Part shown: in pieces, positions 1 through 10,934 of the stretch
Layout of the letters: every line of letters begins with the position of its first letter
How positions within the stretch are numbered: position 1 is the first letter of the stretch
Assembly (NCBI GenBank): GCA_013115125.1
Contig: JABANN010000330.1
Span: 1-38,637 of the forward strand
DNA: 38,637 bases
Reading direction: 5' to 3'
Origin: Perkinsus olseni
Taxonomy: Eukaryota
Program-made: the position numbers and the translations under genes
The notes under the pieces: generated by a model
The model's input: only the letters and a program-made list of their open reading frames with translations
Databases searched by the model: none
Told to the model about the DNA's origin: nothing

Positions 1-345
1 TACTCAATAAAGGATGTCACGGCTCTATGCGGTACAATGTACACAAGATTGGGAATGGTGTGGTATGACATGCGCACATACCAATTGTGTTACATGTCCC
101 ACCTTGTATATATGAGGGACTCGTTGTGTTTCTCATAACAAGTGAAATACTAGCGTGTTCCACTACGAGGGGCCAACTCCACTGCAGCTGCGTCCCAGCC
201 CATTGTCAATGGTCACAGCCAAGGAAGTCAACACTGCAGAGCTGTTGACCCAATAGTAACAAGGATTCGCTACTATGAAACACAAGTTATCATCCTTTCA
301 ACGTCGTAGAAATAATAGACAGAATCGCTTTTGGTAAGTACATTA

Positions 346-1302
346 TCACTTTTGCTTCCTCGGCAACGGGCAAGCCCCTCCAATATTGCAGGACATGATG
401 CACTCCTCAGCGGCTTGGTCCGTATCCTCATCCGAACTGCTACCCTTGGTCGTCGCCATCTTCTCGTCACCGGAAATCTTCCCCTTAGCGATATCACTAG
501 CCTTGCCCGCATTTTTGATCGCCATCAGCGGCTTCATCGTACTCAGTAAACTATTGAACAAACGAGGATAGTCGAACTCCTGCTCGCTCAGGAGGACCTT
601 CACTCGATGCCTCTCCTTAGGTGCCGCGAAACATGCAGGACAGTTGTCAGAGATGACAGGCAGTCTATTTTCACTGGCGAACTCAGCGAGCTGCTTCTCC
701 CTGCAGTAGACCAGCGGTCGAATGACTCTCAAGTCGCCTTGCTGGACGAAGTAGTTGGCCTTCATCGTCCTCAGCGTACCGTTGTGGAAGGCACTCATGA
801 CGAAGCTCTCAGCCAGATCATCCAAATGCTGCCCCAAAGCAAGAGAGGTATACCCGAATTCTCGCATGCATGAGTAAAGCATCCCTCGCTTCATCCGAGC
901 ACAAAAACTGCACAGACTAGGCTTCTTGGGATCGAGAGAATTCTTCGCCATTTCGATCAGCGGCTTCGACAAAAAGTGGTACTCAACGCCCAACGCCTCC
1001 ATGTACCTCTTCAACGGCTCCGGGCTGTACTCTGGCGTCTGGGGGTCGACCGTGGCAGCCCCGATCGTGAATTTAACGGGCGAGCGCTTTCGCATGGCGA
1101 GGAGTAAGTGTAGCATGGTGAGACTGTCCTTGCCGCCAGAAAGGCCGACAAGAATCTTGTCGCCCTCGCCAATCATTTGGAAATCTCGCACGGCCGTACC
1201 GATGAGGAGACGGAGCTTCTTCGACACGACTGGTGTGATGGAGACTTGAGGGAAACCACTCGGGTGCAGCTTAACATGAGGGGCTACCAACTCCGTCGAG
1301 GC
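346..1302 (-). CDS. ttcA: Terminal exon encoding the TtcA (PP-loop ATPase, two CxxC) domain
   Basis: DFQMIGEGDKILVGLSGGKDS, CSFCARMKRG, LGQHLDDLAESF, VIRPLVYCRE, NCPAC. Preceded by a polypyrimidine tract and AG acceptor at 1303-1304. The track's ORF start is a TTG, not an ATG. Confidence 0.92.
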   Translation of the reverse strand, partial: ASTELVAPHVKLHPSGFPQVSITPVVSKKLRLLIGTAVRDFQMIGEGDKILVGLSGGKDSLTMLHLLLAMRKRSPVKFTIGAATVDPQTPEYSPEPLKRYMEALGVEYHFLSKPLIEMAKNSLDPKKPSLCSFCARMKRGMLYSCMREFGYTSLALGQHLDDLAESFVMSAFHNGTLRTMKANYFVQQGDLRVIRPLVYCREKQLAEFASENRLPVISDNCPACFAAPKERHRVKVLLSEQEFDYPRLFNSLLSTMKPLMAIKNAGKASDIAKGKISGDEKMATTKGSSSDEDTDQAAEECIMSCNIGGACPLPRKQK

Positions 1303-4300
1303 CTGAGAAGCAACAGAAGGAGCAGTGAAACGCCGGGAATTGTGATGCAGTGATGATGCAGCGCGAACTAATTAATAGGGGAGCGACAACTCTCTCACAC
1401 GAAGGAAATATGAGAACTAATACAGCTATTCGCTGCAGCTAAGGAATGGGCTAAGTGAAAGGAAAGGTGGTGACTAAGTGGAAAAAGGAAATGGACGATG
1501 AACTGAAGGTTTCCCGGAGACTGCTGTGGAGGAAAGCTCGAGTTGAAATTCAAATACGCCATCCTCAACTGCAGCCGAGACGTCCCCCCTTCGTCACTTC
1601 CCCACCTCGCGCTTCTTAGATTGCCTCTCCTCCTGTTGAGTGCTGATACGTGACGTCATCATCGACTTCCGCTCCTCCTCAGTCATTGACCCGATCGATG
1701 AGTTGAACACACTCTCGCTTGCTCTGACCACAGCAAAAACAGCGTAAAACAACCGCTCCCTCCAACCACTGCGACAGTCAAAGCGGTTCAATTGCACAGT
1801 CTCTTGAGACCACACTTGAGGCTTTCACTTGTAAACCCCTTGAAGTCCCAGTTCCACTCGAGAACGGCTGCTCGGGCAGAGACAATCACCTCTTCGACGG
1901 ACTGCCGTCAGCGAAGCATCTGACCCCGACCCACCTCGCCGGGGAATCGTCCCCTTGTACTCCTCCCTTAAAGAGAGGCACGTTAGGGTCAGTACAGAGC
2001 ATCGGTTGTGGGGAGGATACACCATCTAATGACCACTTGCAATCCGTTGGCAATGCAAACCAGACCAAGTCGGCCAATTGAGGATCGAGTAAAGGGCACT
2101 TCACAGCCGAGAAGGGAACCTGATAGAGAGTCGACACATATTCACAGACAGCTTTTGATAACAACTTTATATTTAATATAATCACCTTACTCGGCATGTG
2201 TGTTCCGAGCGCAGACGTAGTAAAGTATTTCGTACAAGGGGGAAACCTCCCGCAGTTTCCATTCAAGTACGGAGCGCGAAGAGATCTTCAAATACCCAGA
2301 TTCATAATAAGCTCCCTCCCGGGAGGTTGCTGATTGTAATTTCCCAGTATTTTCTACCGAGTGAACGAACGTGCCATACTTGACCCGGCCCCTCAAGGTT
2401 CGCTCAGAGGATACCAAGAACAACGAATAAAGCAAAAAAAGTCAAAGATTCCTCGAGCTGTTCTACTCAGAATTTAGATTGAAAATATCCCGTTCTCTTC
2501 AAAACTAAATGCTCGGGAGCTATGACGATACCCAGTGTAACAACGCCACTGTAGAGAACCCGAATGAAGACACGAAGCCCGAATAAGTAAGGCCACCGAC
2601 CTGCCCAGCTGAGTAGGCATTGTCCACGATAGTATCCGCCCTCTTGATGAGGCTATCTATGCCATCATCACAAGCGGTGGTGGAGCGCATCCCGAGGTCA
2701 GCGATACTGCCAACGTCTTGGCCGAGGACTCGGGACCAGCCGAGATCGGTAGACAGCCACCTGAGGAGACAGGGGATGAGAGGAAGAGCGCCGACGCGGT
2801 GCGGAAGGCGATGATGATGACGAACTCCGGCAACCTCACTATAAGCAGCATCGTAGGCAGTGATTGAAAAACATGAGTGGCCCAGCGAATAAAGGACAGC
2901 CCCGAGTATTCTCACAGTGATTGACAGTGATAGACAGTAAGAGACGAGGTCACCACCATGGCTACGGTAAGATGGACTCCAAGATCGATTTCACCTACTG
3001 TCTCGTCCTGTCTCTTCTGTCTAATTGATGATGCCATTCTCCAGTTGAAGTACTGAAGGTGTAGGCTCCTAGTAGCTTCCAACCATTCTCAGCCACCCAT
3101 AGAATAGATCCTGAAGGGACTCCATCAGATGGGGGCACGCCCGGCCTCTCGCGGTAGGACAACGGGAAATTCTGCCGCCTAGTTAGAATACTATAAACTT
3201 CTCTGCGACTGTGATGAGCAAAGTCCAATAAGCGTACTATAATCAGCTACAAGAGCTCAACCAGAAGACTCTCAGTACTCCCATAACGATACCCGTACCC
3301 ACCTGCAAGGACGTCCAGCTCCTCCTGGGTCATAGAGTAATGAACACCAACCCGCATGAAGCCTGGACGGATCACTTCACAACCACTCGTCCCTGCGAAA
3401 GCGGATACTGCTGTGAGTGGTAGAATGCGCAAGGAAACGAACGATAGCGATAACGACTGCCATCCCCTTGTTGATGGAGATATCATTAAAAGGGTCTTTC
3501 GCTTACTCAGAGAGCTCTCGAGGCGCACGGCCATGTCGTTATCAATTCCCAGCAGACTATGTGCATAAGGGCCAGCACAAGCACAGCCACCTCGTCCCTG
3601 CACACCGAAGACATCATTTAATACGGCGCCGACGAAGTTGTAATGGAGATATCTGACAACATAACCGAGACTATGTCGACCTGCAAAGATACGCTGATAA
3701 TCTGCGTGACCACCGGCGAGTCCTACTTCCTATTGAAGCCCAGCCCATTTCTTCTCAAGATGACGGCACAAAAAGATACTAATTCACCCAAGCTCAGCTT
3801 CAACGTAAGATACTCGAAGAGCAGAGCCTTGGCGCTTGCACTAGGACATCCCGATAGACTTACAGTCCCCTCTTGGTGGCTGGATCTTCATTGTAGAGGA
3901 TATTGAACGACACGATACCCGCGCACTGACTCCGATCCTACATAGTAAGCGAGAGAGTAGCTTTTCACTTTTTTCACACCACCACCAACCTGAGGCCCTA
4001 GTATGTGAATCTTGCTGCATTTGGAGAGCCTTTCGACCAGCTGAGTCGCCATCCGTCTCTCCGTTTTAGCGATCATATCATGGTCCAGCATGCTGTGGAG
4101 GTGGTATACCGCACCCGCCCGAATGCAACCCAGAATATCAGGGGTACCTATAAGAGTTACGGAAGGTGTGGTATGAACTCGAGAACATAATTCCCTACCA
4201 GCCTCTTCTCTCTCCTCATGATTTTGAATGTAACTGTGAGCAACTGGACTGACGTAGAACACAACGCCTCCGCCACAGACCGCAGGGACGGCATTTGTCT

Positions 4301-7069
4301 GATGCTTCTTCTTGCAAAGCAACAGTCCACTACTACCGGGGCCGCCCAGTAACTTATGAGGCGATACAAACGCGAAGTCGATGTACCCTTGAGGATGGGA
4401 TACAGGGTTCATATCAACCTGACAATACGAAAATACGTAAACACGAATCGCTTCGCTCCGCCTACTTTGATTTTGCTACTGGCTGCAGCGAGGTCCCAAC
4501 AGGCAATACCGTTATAGGAATGGACCACGGTAGACAAAGTTGGTATCTGGCAGTATCGTTTTCTGACACCTCCAGCTGATAAATAATGATCCCGCCTACA
4601 TCAAGCATGGCCCCTGTAACATTGCTGCACGCCGATAATACCACTACCGCTACGGCAGTCGTATCAGTAGCCGTTGATTCATTGAAGTGTGCAATCTGCA
4701 ACGTGAAAAAAGGTGAAACGTGCAAAGCTTCGCTCCGCTAAGACTACCTCCTTCAATACCTCCTTCAAGGCGTTGACATCGGCCGTCCCTGTGGTATGGT
4801 CGAGGGGGAGCTCCTGAAGGGCACCGATGATCCTCGACAGTATTCGAACGGCCGACTCAAGTTGATGATGAAATTCCAGTGCGAGATCCATCAGCAAAGG
4901 GGCCACTTCCTCTCCCTATAAAGTATCGCAACGGCATTTATATAAAATCCGTGGGACGATGGGACGATTGCAATACTGCTGATGATGCCTTTCGACGTTG
5001 AACGGGCCCAGAGGACCGGGCGAGGGTGTTCAACTCTCAATTCCATCGGTGGTTGAAAGAGTGGGTTCATTAATTTTTTGGGCTCTGTGAAACGATACGC
5101 CCGTGCGTCTTGTGGCATAGATGACGTAGTTCCCACTAGTAGTACCACTAACTCCGTCTCAAAGACGTTGTCCACGCTGCTGTCCACCGTGCCCGACAAC
5201 TTGTAGTGTGATCCGGGAACTGAGACTGGAAGATACGGCTAGGCTAGAGTGTCGCTGCTTTCATGAGATGAGCCAGCTTGGATACCGCTGCGTAACCCTA
5301 TCATAGTACCCGAAGGAGAGCCTCCTTTGACTATGGGAAAGTGTGAGAGTATCTCACGGAAGGGCAATGTTGAACTATGGTGATTCACAGGATCCAGTAC
5401 CAATACCTACACAGAGGGCAGCGAGAGTACGGACAGGAAACACTATCATTACCAGCAACATATTCGACGCACGAAGACCAAGGAGAGTTTACTGACGATT
5501 AGAAGCTACAGTACGGTGTCATCATATTTTCTGACACCTCTAGCTACCAGAATCAATGATGTACCACCCCCCTGGGAACTCTGTACACTCACCGCTCGTC
5601 TCCTCGTCCTCTTTTTCTGTGTAGTTTTGGACTTGCCCAACTTCTCGGCATGCATGACAGTTTTGACGTGAGATCGATACACGGACTCATTCTTCAGACG
5701 AACGTCGCATAATGTACACTCGCAACCACCCCATCTAGCGGCAGACAACACCGTCACTGCGCCACAAAATTCGAGGCTCCTAACACTACCGGTCCTCTCT
5801 GAAGAACTTCCTTTCATCGTCTTGTCGGTCACCCTGTTGATCGAAGCCCCTACTCTTCCAGAGCATCTCCAGGAACTTATTCGAAGCACCAGTGGCACCG
5901 GCACCGCAGAATATAACTAAAAAAACGAAAGACGGTCGTCTTGAAACTGCCGCCGTACTCAGCAGGTGTCCCAAGGCTAAGTTCGGGAGCAGGTCTGAGT
6001 CCTAATGGCTTTGTAACTCCGAGCTACGACCTAGCGGATGGCCACGGAATCGCTCTTGAAAGGTGCTAAGTCACTCGTCAGCTCTCTTGAGTGAATGCTG
6101 TATCGCTGAGGATGCCAGTGGGAAAGCAGCTCAAGAGTATAGCTCCTGTACACGAGTACAGTAGGGTGAGTTCAGTGTGAAGAACAGGCCTGTTGTAAGG
6201 CTTTCCCCAGGTTGATACCGAAGAGACCCTCCCGCCATATTAACGTGAAATACGATCTCAAACCGTGTGATGATACTGCAATCGCGATGACAACGAGAAC
6301 GTATCATTCCCACAGTAAAATCTGCGCTCAATGGTGGGACCGAATACGACCCGAATTCTTACCAGAATCTTCATGGTTAGCATTGAAATAAGCTCGGACC
6401 TTCTCTCGGGCCTCCGAACGATAAAACGTAGTCTGGCGTGCTGTGGCTGATGCTATTGAATGTGTGTTGCCGTACCTTGAACAGGGTCTATCATGGTCCA
6501 CTGGTACTTCAAGCACGACCTACGTTGGAAGGACTCTGTGGGTGATGAAATCCTCTATGCATTGGAGACCTCTCCCCGAGGCCGTATAGTCGGCGTACCT
6601 AGGAATAGAAAATGAACGACCGAGGGTGATTCTTTTGAAGGCGCCTCCGATTCGCCGGAAAGCTCTGGAAACTGCCAGACACGGCGAAGCAGCAAAATTT
6701 GGCAACACGAATGGTATTAGTCGCGAGATATAGTTGACGGCCTTTGAATAATGAATCGAGGGCAAATGGCGGGACCGCTTCCTTTATTACACCATTCTCC
6801 TGGTAGAATCATCGTAAGGTATTGTTATCCGCTGGTCTTTCCCAATGATCTGTCCTCGGAGATAGTCCACTACTTTATCATAATGCTCAGAGAGGGATCT
6901 ACCCTGACCAGCGAGGGGCTCAGAGGGAGCTATTGGCTGCTCGTCCAAGTTGCCGTATCGTAACATTAATAAGGAAGAACAAGAGAAACTGAGTCTGGGG
7001 TGTACCGCGTGGACCGACAAGTTTTCTGGCGTGTATGGAAGACACTTCTGGTGCACAGTGTAACAACAT
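346..7069 (-). CDS. Multi-exon fusion gene: class-V aminotransferase/cysteine desulfurase-like domain (with internal C2H2 zinc finger) + TtcA-like tRNA-cytidine(32) 2-sulfurtransferase
   Basis: Desulfurase motifs occur in order across exons: YADYTASGR, YGNTHS, IFCGAGATG, NHHSSTLPFRE, CSNVTG, WDLAA, SPHKLLGGPG (PLP Lys), EEAGTP, RGGCACAGPY, PGFMRV. The last exon (1302-346) has TtcA motifs SGGKDS, CSFC, GQHLDDLAES, IRPL, CPAC. Phase-compatible GT-AG exons link the two parts. The ATG at 7069 is tentative but phase-compatible with exon 2. Confidence 0.82.
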
Positions 7070-7170
7070 TATGCCTGACAGTTGCTATAAACTCGCACTA
7101 TCATTAGCTGGTAGTGAACCAGACACCGGAGTCTGTGAACGACTTCGAACCCGATCCGGCTCGCGCGCGG

Positions 7171-7215
7171 ACAACCGAAAGGTCCCGGGTTCTACCCCAG
7201 GATGAAGAGTCTTTT
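7171..7215 (+). pseudogene. tRNA-like 3' half (Asn-like), degenerate
   Basis: AACCGAAAGGTCCCGGGTTCTACCCCAGGATGAAGAG followed by TTTT resembles anticodon-arm 3' side, variable loop, T arm (one mismatch) and acceptor strand. No convincing 5' half. Confidence 0.45.
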
Positions 7216-7237
7216 CGCGGAAGGCGAGCGCGCAATT

Positions 7238-7305
7238 CATACCACTCCATTCGCAGCTACTTGTGGATTGTACCATATAGCACTGTAACAATCATCATCT
7301 GGTAA
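7238..7305 (+). promoter_or_regulatory. Candidate upstream promoter element of SRP RNA copy 1
   Basis: CATACCACTCCATTC starts 68 nt upstream of both SRP copies. ATTGTACCA and GCACTGTA blocks are also shared. Confidence 0.5.
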
Positions 7306-7590
7306 GTCGGGTGTGTAGCGAGCACCTGTATCCCATGCGGGGGCGAGATCTGAGTGAATGGCGTGTCGTGCCGAGAGTCGGTCGGAGATCAGCAGCCCAT
7401 CCCAAGGGGCCACTAAGTTCGGGTGGGTAGGCGGAAGTCATCACATCCGAACATCCGAAGTCGCGGGCACTGGCTAAGGCTGGGAACAGAGCAGGCAATA
7501 CCGCGCGGTGGAACCGGTGAGGGCGGATAACGGCTGAGAGACCGGCACTCTAGGCAGTAACAACGACATGCCAAACACAAAGATCGTTTT
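7306..7590 (+). ncRNA. SRP (7SL) RNA, copy 1
   Basis: Alu-like 5' domain GTCGGGTGTGTAGCGAGCACCTGTATCCCATGCGGG. Helix-8 motif AGG-CTG-GGAA-CAG-AGCAG. Long helix 5 (GATCTGAGTGAATGGCGTGTCGT pairs with ACGACATGCCAAACACAAAGATC). Ends in TTTT; 285 nt. Confidence 0.88.
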
Positions 7591-8396
7591 GTCAACTGTC
7601 GGGTTCGCGGAGGACTTATAAGTGACGTCCTATAAGGAGCTGAATAGGTTGAGTAGAGAATTATCTCCGCCGTCGAGCGCGCAGAGACGGCTACTAAGGA
7701 GTCTTGGAAGGCATGGACGGCATCCAGCTCGTCCATCCCCGTGGCATCGAAGCTCGATCATCGAGCGCATTACTATCAGATCCAGCCGATCAGCCTATAC
7801 TCCAGCCGACGGTTCTTAAAGACCAGAAATGGATGAAGGCCTCGTCTTAGGTTGCTGTAGTATCGCTGTAAAGCAAGCCTGGTGCTTGAATTCCTGACGC
7901 CACTACAACGTAGACGTAGATCTCTGGCGCTCGTCAAAGAGCTACGGAATCTGTCAGTTTGAGCTTTGGGTCACTGATGCGCTCGACGACACTTTCCTCA
8001 CTGTTTTTGAGCTTCCACCACCATAGCCAGTCTGACATACTTGTTTGTAACGCTCTAGTCCATGTCAAGACAGTGCACGAAGTCCGGTGGGTAGTGAAAT
8101 GTGGCAAAGTTTCTTAGTCCTTCCTTAGTCCGCTGAGCGAGTACAGGAACATTCCCGACTCGAGTCTCGGGAATCCCAAGGAGGGTGCTGCGGTACGTAG
8201 TTGAGAGTCTCACCTCAATGAACGACAATTGCTTGAATGTGGCTTTCTTCAATTTCGTAAACTACGCGATTATGGCGGCTTTGCCAGATCTAGGAACTAA
8301 TATCGTCACACCAACTCGCTAGATGAGCGGACGCCCGAGTCGATGCTCCCGCTCTAGTAAGCCATCATTTTCTTCCTCTGTTAGTACTTGTTCGGA

Positions 8397-9182
8397 ATGT
8401 CGCGCTACCTAGTGTGGTGTGGTATTGCTTTTGTTCACCTGGTTGATGCGGAGGAAAAGTACTACTGCTACTTCAAGGCGGATCTATTGGCCCATTGCAT
8501 TGGTAGATCTAGCAGTGGTCCAGTAAAAACTATTTCACAACACGGAGCCTTGCAGGATCCTCAGAAACCAGACGAGCTAGTATTCACCACTGACACTTGC
8601 AGTGTTCAGGACCAACGCCCTGGACAAGGAGTAGGAGGTGCCTTATACGTGGACGCTGTCGTTCCCTGTGACATCGAGGGACTGCAAGCGATGGTCATTC
8701 CCTACCGCGAGACGGAAGGGAGTAGAATCCACCGCAGGCCCACACGCTATCACTTGACCTATCCCCCATCAACCGGGGAGACTCAGTTCGATAAGCTGCA
8801 GCCGATCGCCGTGGGTGACCTCAAGCTCGGTCGGGCTCAGAAGAGCGATGGTATTCTGTCCACCTTCGAAAGCCACAGTCCAATTCACTTGAAAGCCGTG
8901 TTAACAGAAATAAATCTCCCTAATTCTCGCCCGGTAGTGAAGACAACCTTCAAGATGCTAACAGACGCCGGGACCCAGAGGGAGCTATTCCCGTTGAGCT
9001 CAAAAGACGGTGTGATGAGGCTCACTACTACGGAACATCACCCACCACGGGTGGAAGGCTTCTTCTTCAAATTGCCGTCTAGAAGGGATAACTGCTACGG
9101 ACTCATGATCACTTTCAATGATGAGCCTATCATGCTGTTCAATACGAGCATGCGGCCCGGTTATTCCGAGACACATGGGTGA
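8397..9182 (+). CDS. Putative secreted protein, lineage-specific family A, paralog 1 (long first exon; probably continues downstream)
   Basis: Long ORF with ATG at 8397 and hydrophobic signal-like N-terminus. Aligns with 10097-10934 (KYYCYF, KTISQHGA, CDIEGL, YHLTYP, FDKLQPIA, TFESH, DGVMRL, FFFKLPS). Confidence 0.75.
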   Translation: MSRYLVWCGIAFVHLVDAEEKYYCYFKADLLAHCIGRSSSGPVKTISQHGALQDPQKPDELVFTTDTCSVQDQRPGQGVGGALYVDAVVPCDIEGLQAMVIPYRETEGSRIHRRPTRYHLTYPPSTGETQFDKLQPIAVGDLKLGRAQKSDGILSTFESHSPIHLKAVLTEINLPNSRPVVKTTFKMLTDAGTQRELFPLSSKDGVMRLTTTEHHPPRVEGFFFKLPSRRDNCYGLMITFNDEPIMLFNTSMRPGYSETHG

Positions 9183-10096
9183 GCGATGAGGGAGGCCAAT
9201 GGTGTGGAGGGTGAAGTACCTCAGATACCGCCGTACTGAACGATATCCCGGACGGAATGAGGCTACTGCGATTGAGTTGTAAGTTGCATGAAGACTGGAA
9301 CTGCCGGCAGCCGTCTGAAGTCGAGGGAGCTATCCATCGCATGCCGCGCTCGTACATCAAAGGAAATACGTTGAAACTACTTGGCACGATTGGTTTCCGC
9401 TTCATTATCGGTGAGGCTAATTTCTCAGGCCCCCTGCTTCATATCCAGCCGCCGAGCTCCGACCTGACGGACCCCCGTCGTAAGCTAAACAGGATACTAT
9501 ACTCCTCCTGGGACTTCCTCCAGATACGAAGAGAGCGAACGCTTAAGAGCCGCAGCCTCTGCTACCACAGAACAAGTTCATGATCCAGAAGATGCTCCAC
9601 CAAGTTACGAGGAGAGTGAGGAAGCCCAGCGCGGAACCCGAACTGAAGGTCAGTTGCGAAGGGGTGCCGATCTTTCGGAACGAGTTCGCTTCGTATGCCG
9701 GCTGAGAGCCTGTTCGCCTTCATACTGTAGGCCGCCGACTAAGGGTGACCGATTACGATATCACGACCACCACGGTCATCGCCTGCCGGACGTGCGTTCG
9801 AGCTCGTTTGGAGGGATGAAGAAGTTATCTTCGTTTAAATTCCCATCTCCTCTACATACCGTCTTATCAAGAGAAGTCACCTCATGTTACGCTGTTGATG
9901 TTGTGGTTGCGTCAGGCTCTTGTGTTGGTCACGGCCCCCATTGCTTTTCTCGCTAGCTCTCGTCGTCCTGTTGACTATCGCTGTGCGACTTTCGGTAAGC
10001 TCAGTCTCTCTGGGCGCGGTGCCCGGCCAGTAGCCTCTGTACCAGTCGACACGGTTTCCGTGGGGCTTAGCTGCAGGCGACGTGAGCCGAGGGCAG

Positions 10097-10934
10097 ATGC
10101 TACGGTGAGTCCGATCAGTTGCACCGGTATTTCCTGTTTCAAGCGAAGAGTTCCCGTCTTGTGATTGGTGTGGCTCTGTTTCTGCTGGTCAAAGCGAAAT
10201 ATAAGTATTTCTGTTACTTTGAAGACCATTCGTCCGCCCGATGTCTTGGTAAGTCGAACATGGATCTAATTAAGACGATCTCGCAGCACGGCGCTATAGA
10301 CGATCCAGACCGACCGAACCATAGACAGTACGTTAACAACGTCTGCCGCATCACAAGGGCAACCCAGAGATCATCGGGTGGCTCACTTCACGTGCCGAGT
10401 AATGGAGTGTGTGATATCGATGGATTGCGAGGGGCAACCGTTGAGTACACTATGGAGTGGGGCGATAGGCTGCGCGGCAAATCTACATCATACACTTTGT
10501 CGTATCCCGGGTCGACTAGGAAGTACCGATTCGACAAGCTGAAGCCCATCGCGATTAGCAAACTTGACCTATCGCAAAGTTCACCTGGGGCGCAAACTTG
10601 GGCGACCTTCGAGAGCCACAGACCTCGCTATTGGAGGGCCGTCCTGACCAGCCATCCGGTCACGCGGGTGAAGGCCACCTTCACCTATGGCGGACGTGCG
10701 GGGTTGCAAGGCAGCCGCGACCTGATAGATGCTGATGTCTTGGAGACAAGAGATGGCATCATGAGGCTACAGTACAACCGGTCTGATGGCAGCTCAGCGA
10801 ATGGGGAAGCATTTTTCTTTGCACTACCGTCTTCGCGACAGGCTTTGTACGGAGTGATGGTCACCTTCCACAATGAGCCCGAAATGTTATTCGATACGAG
10901 GCTGGCTTCCCCCGTCCATGAAGGGCATGGGTGA
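10097..10934 (+). CDS. Putative secreted protein, family A, paralog 2
   Basis: ORF 10119-10934 is homologous to paralog 1. ATG 10097 plus a possible intron 10105-10150 gives MLRSRLVIGVALFLLVKAKYKYFCYF. The start is tentative. Confidence 0.72.

Noticed and set aside
346-1290. Stand-alone bacterial ttcA or contaminant
   Set aside because: TTG start, a good splice acceptor just upstream, and a phase-compatible exon chain to the desulfurase within an intron-rich context.
1320-2600. Possible transposon insertion between the desulfurase and TtcA
   Set aside because: No RT or transposase motifs or terminal repeats. The region is explained by linker exons and longer introns.
5506-5904. Independent zinc-finger gene
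   Set aside because: It is nested in order and in phase between desulfurase exons.
7295-7736. Duplicated minus-strand ORFs MPALFPALASARDFG... (also 11918-12266)
   Set aside because: They are antisense shadows of the SRP RNA genes.
7620-8340. Possible gene fragments between SRP copy 1 and family A
   Set aside because: Short ORFs with no recognisable homology.
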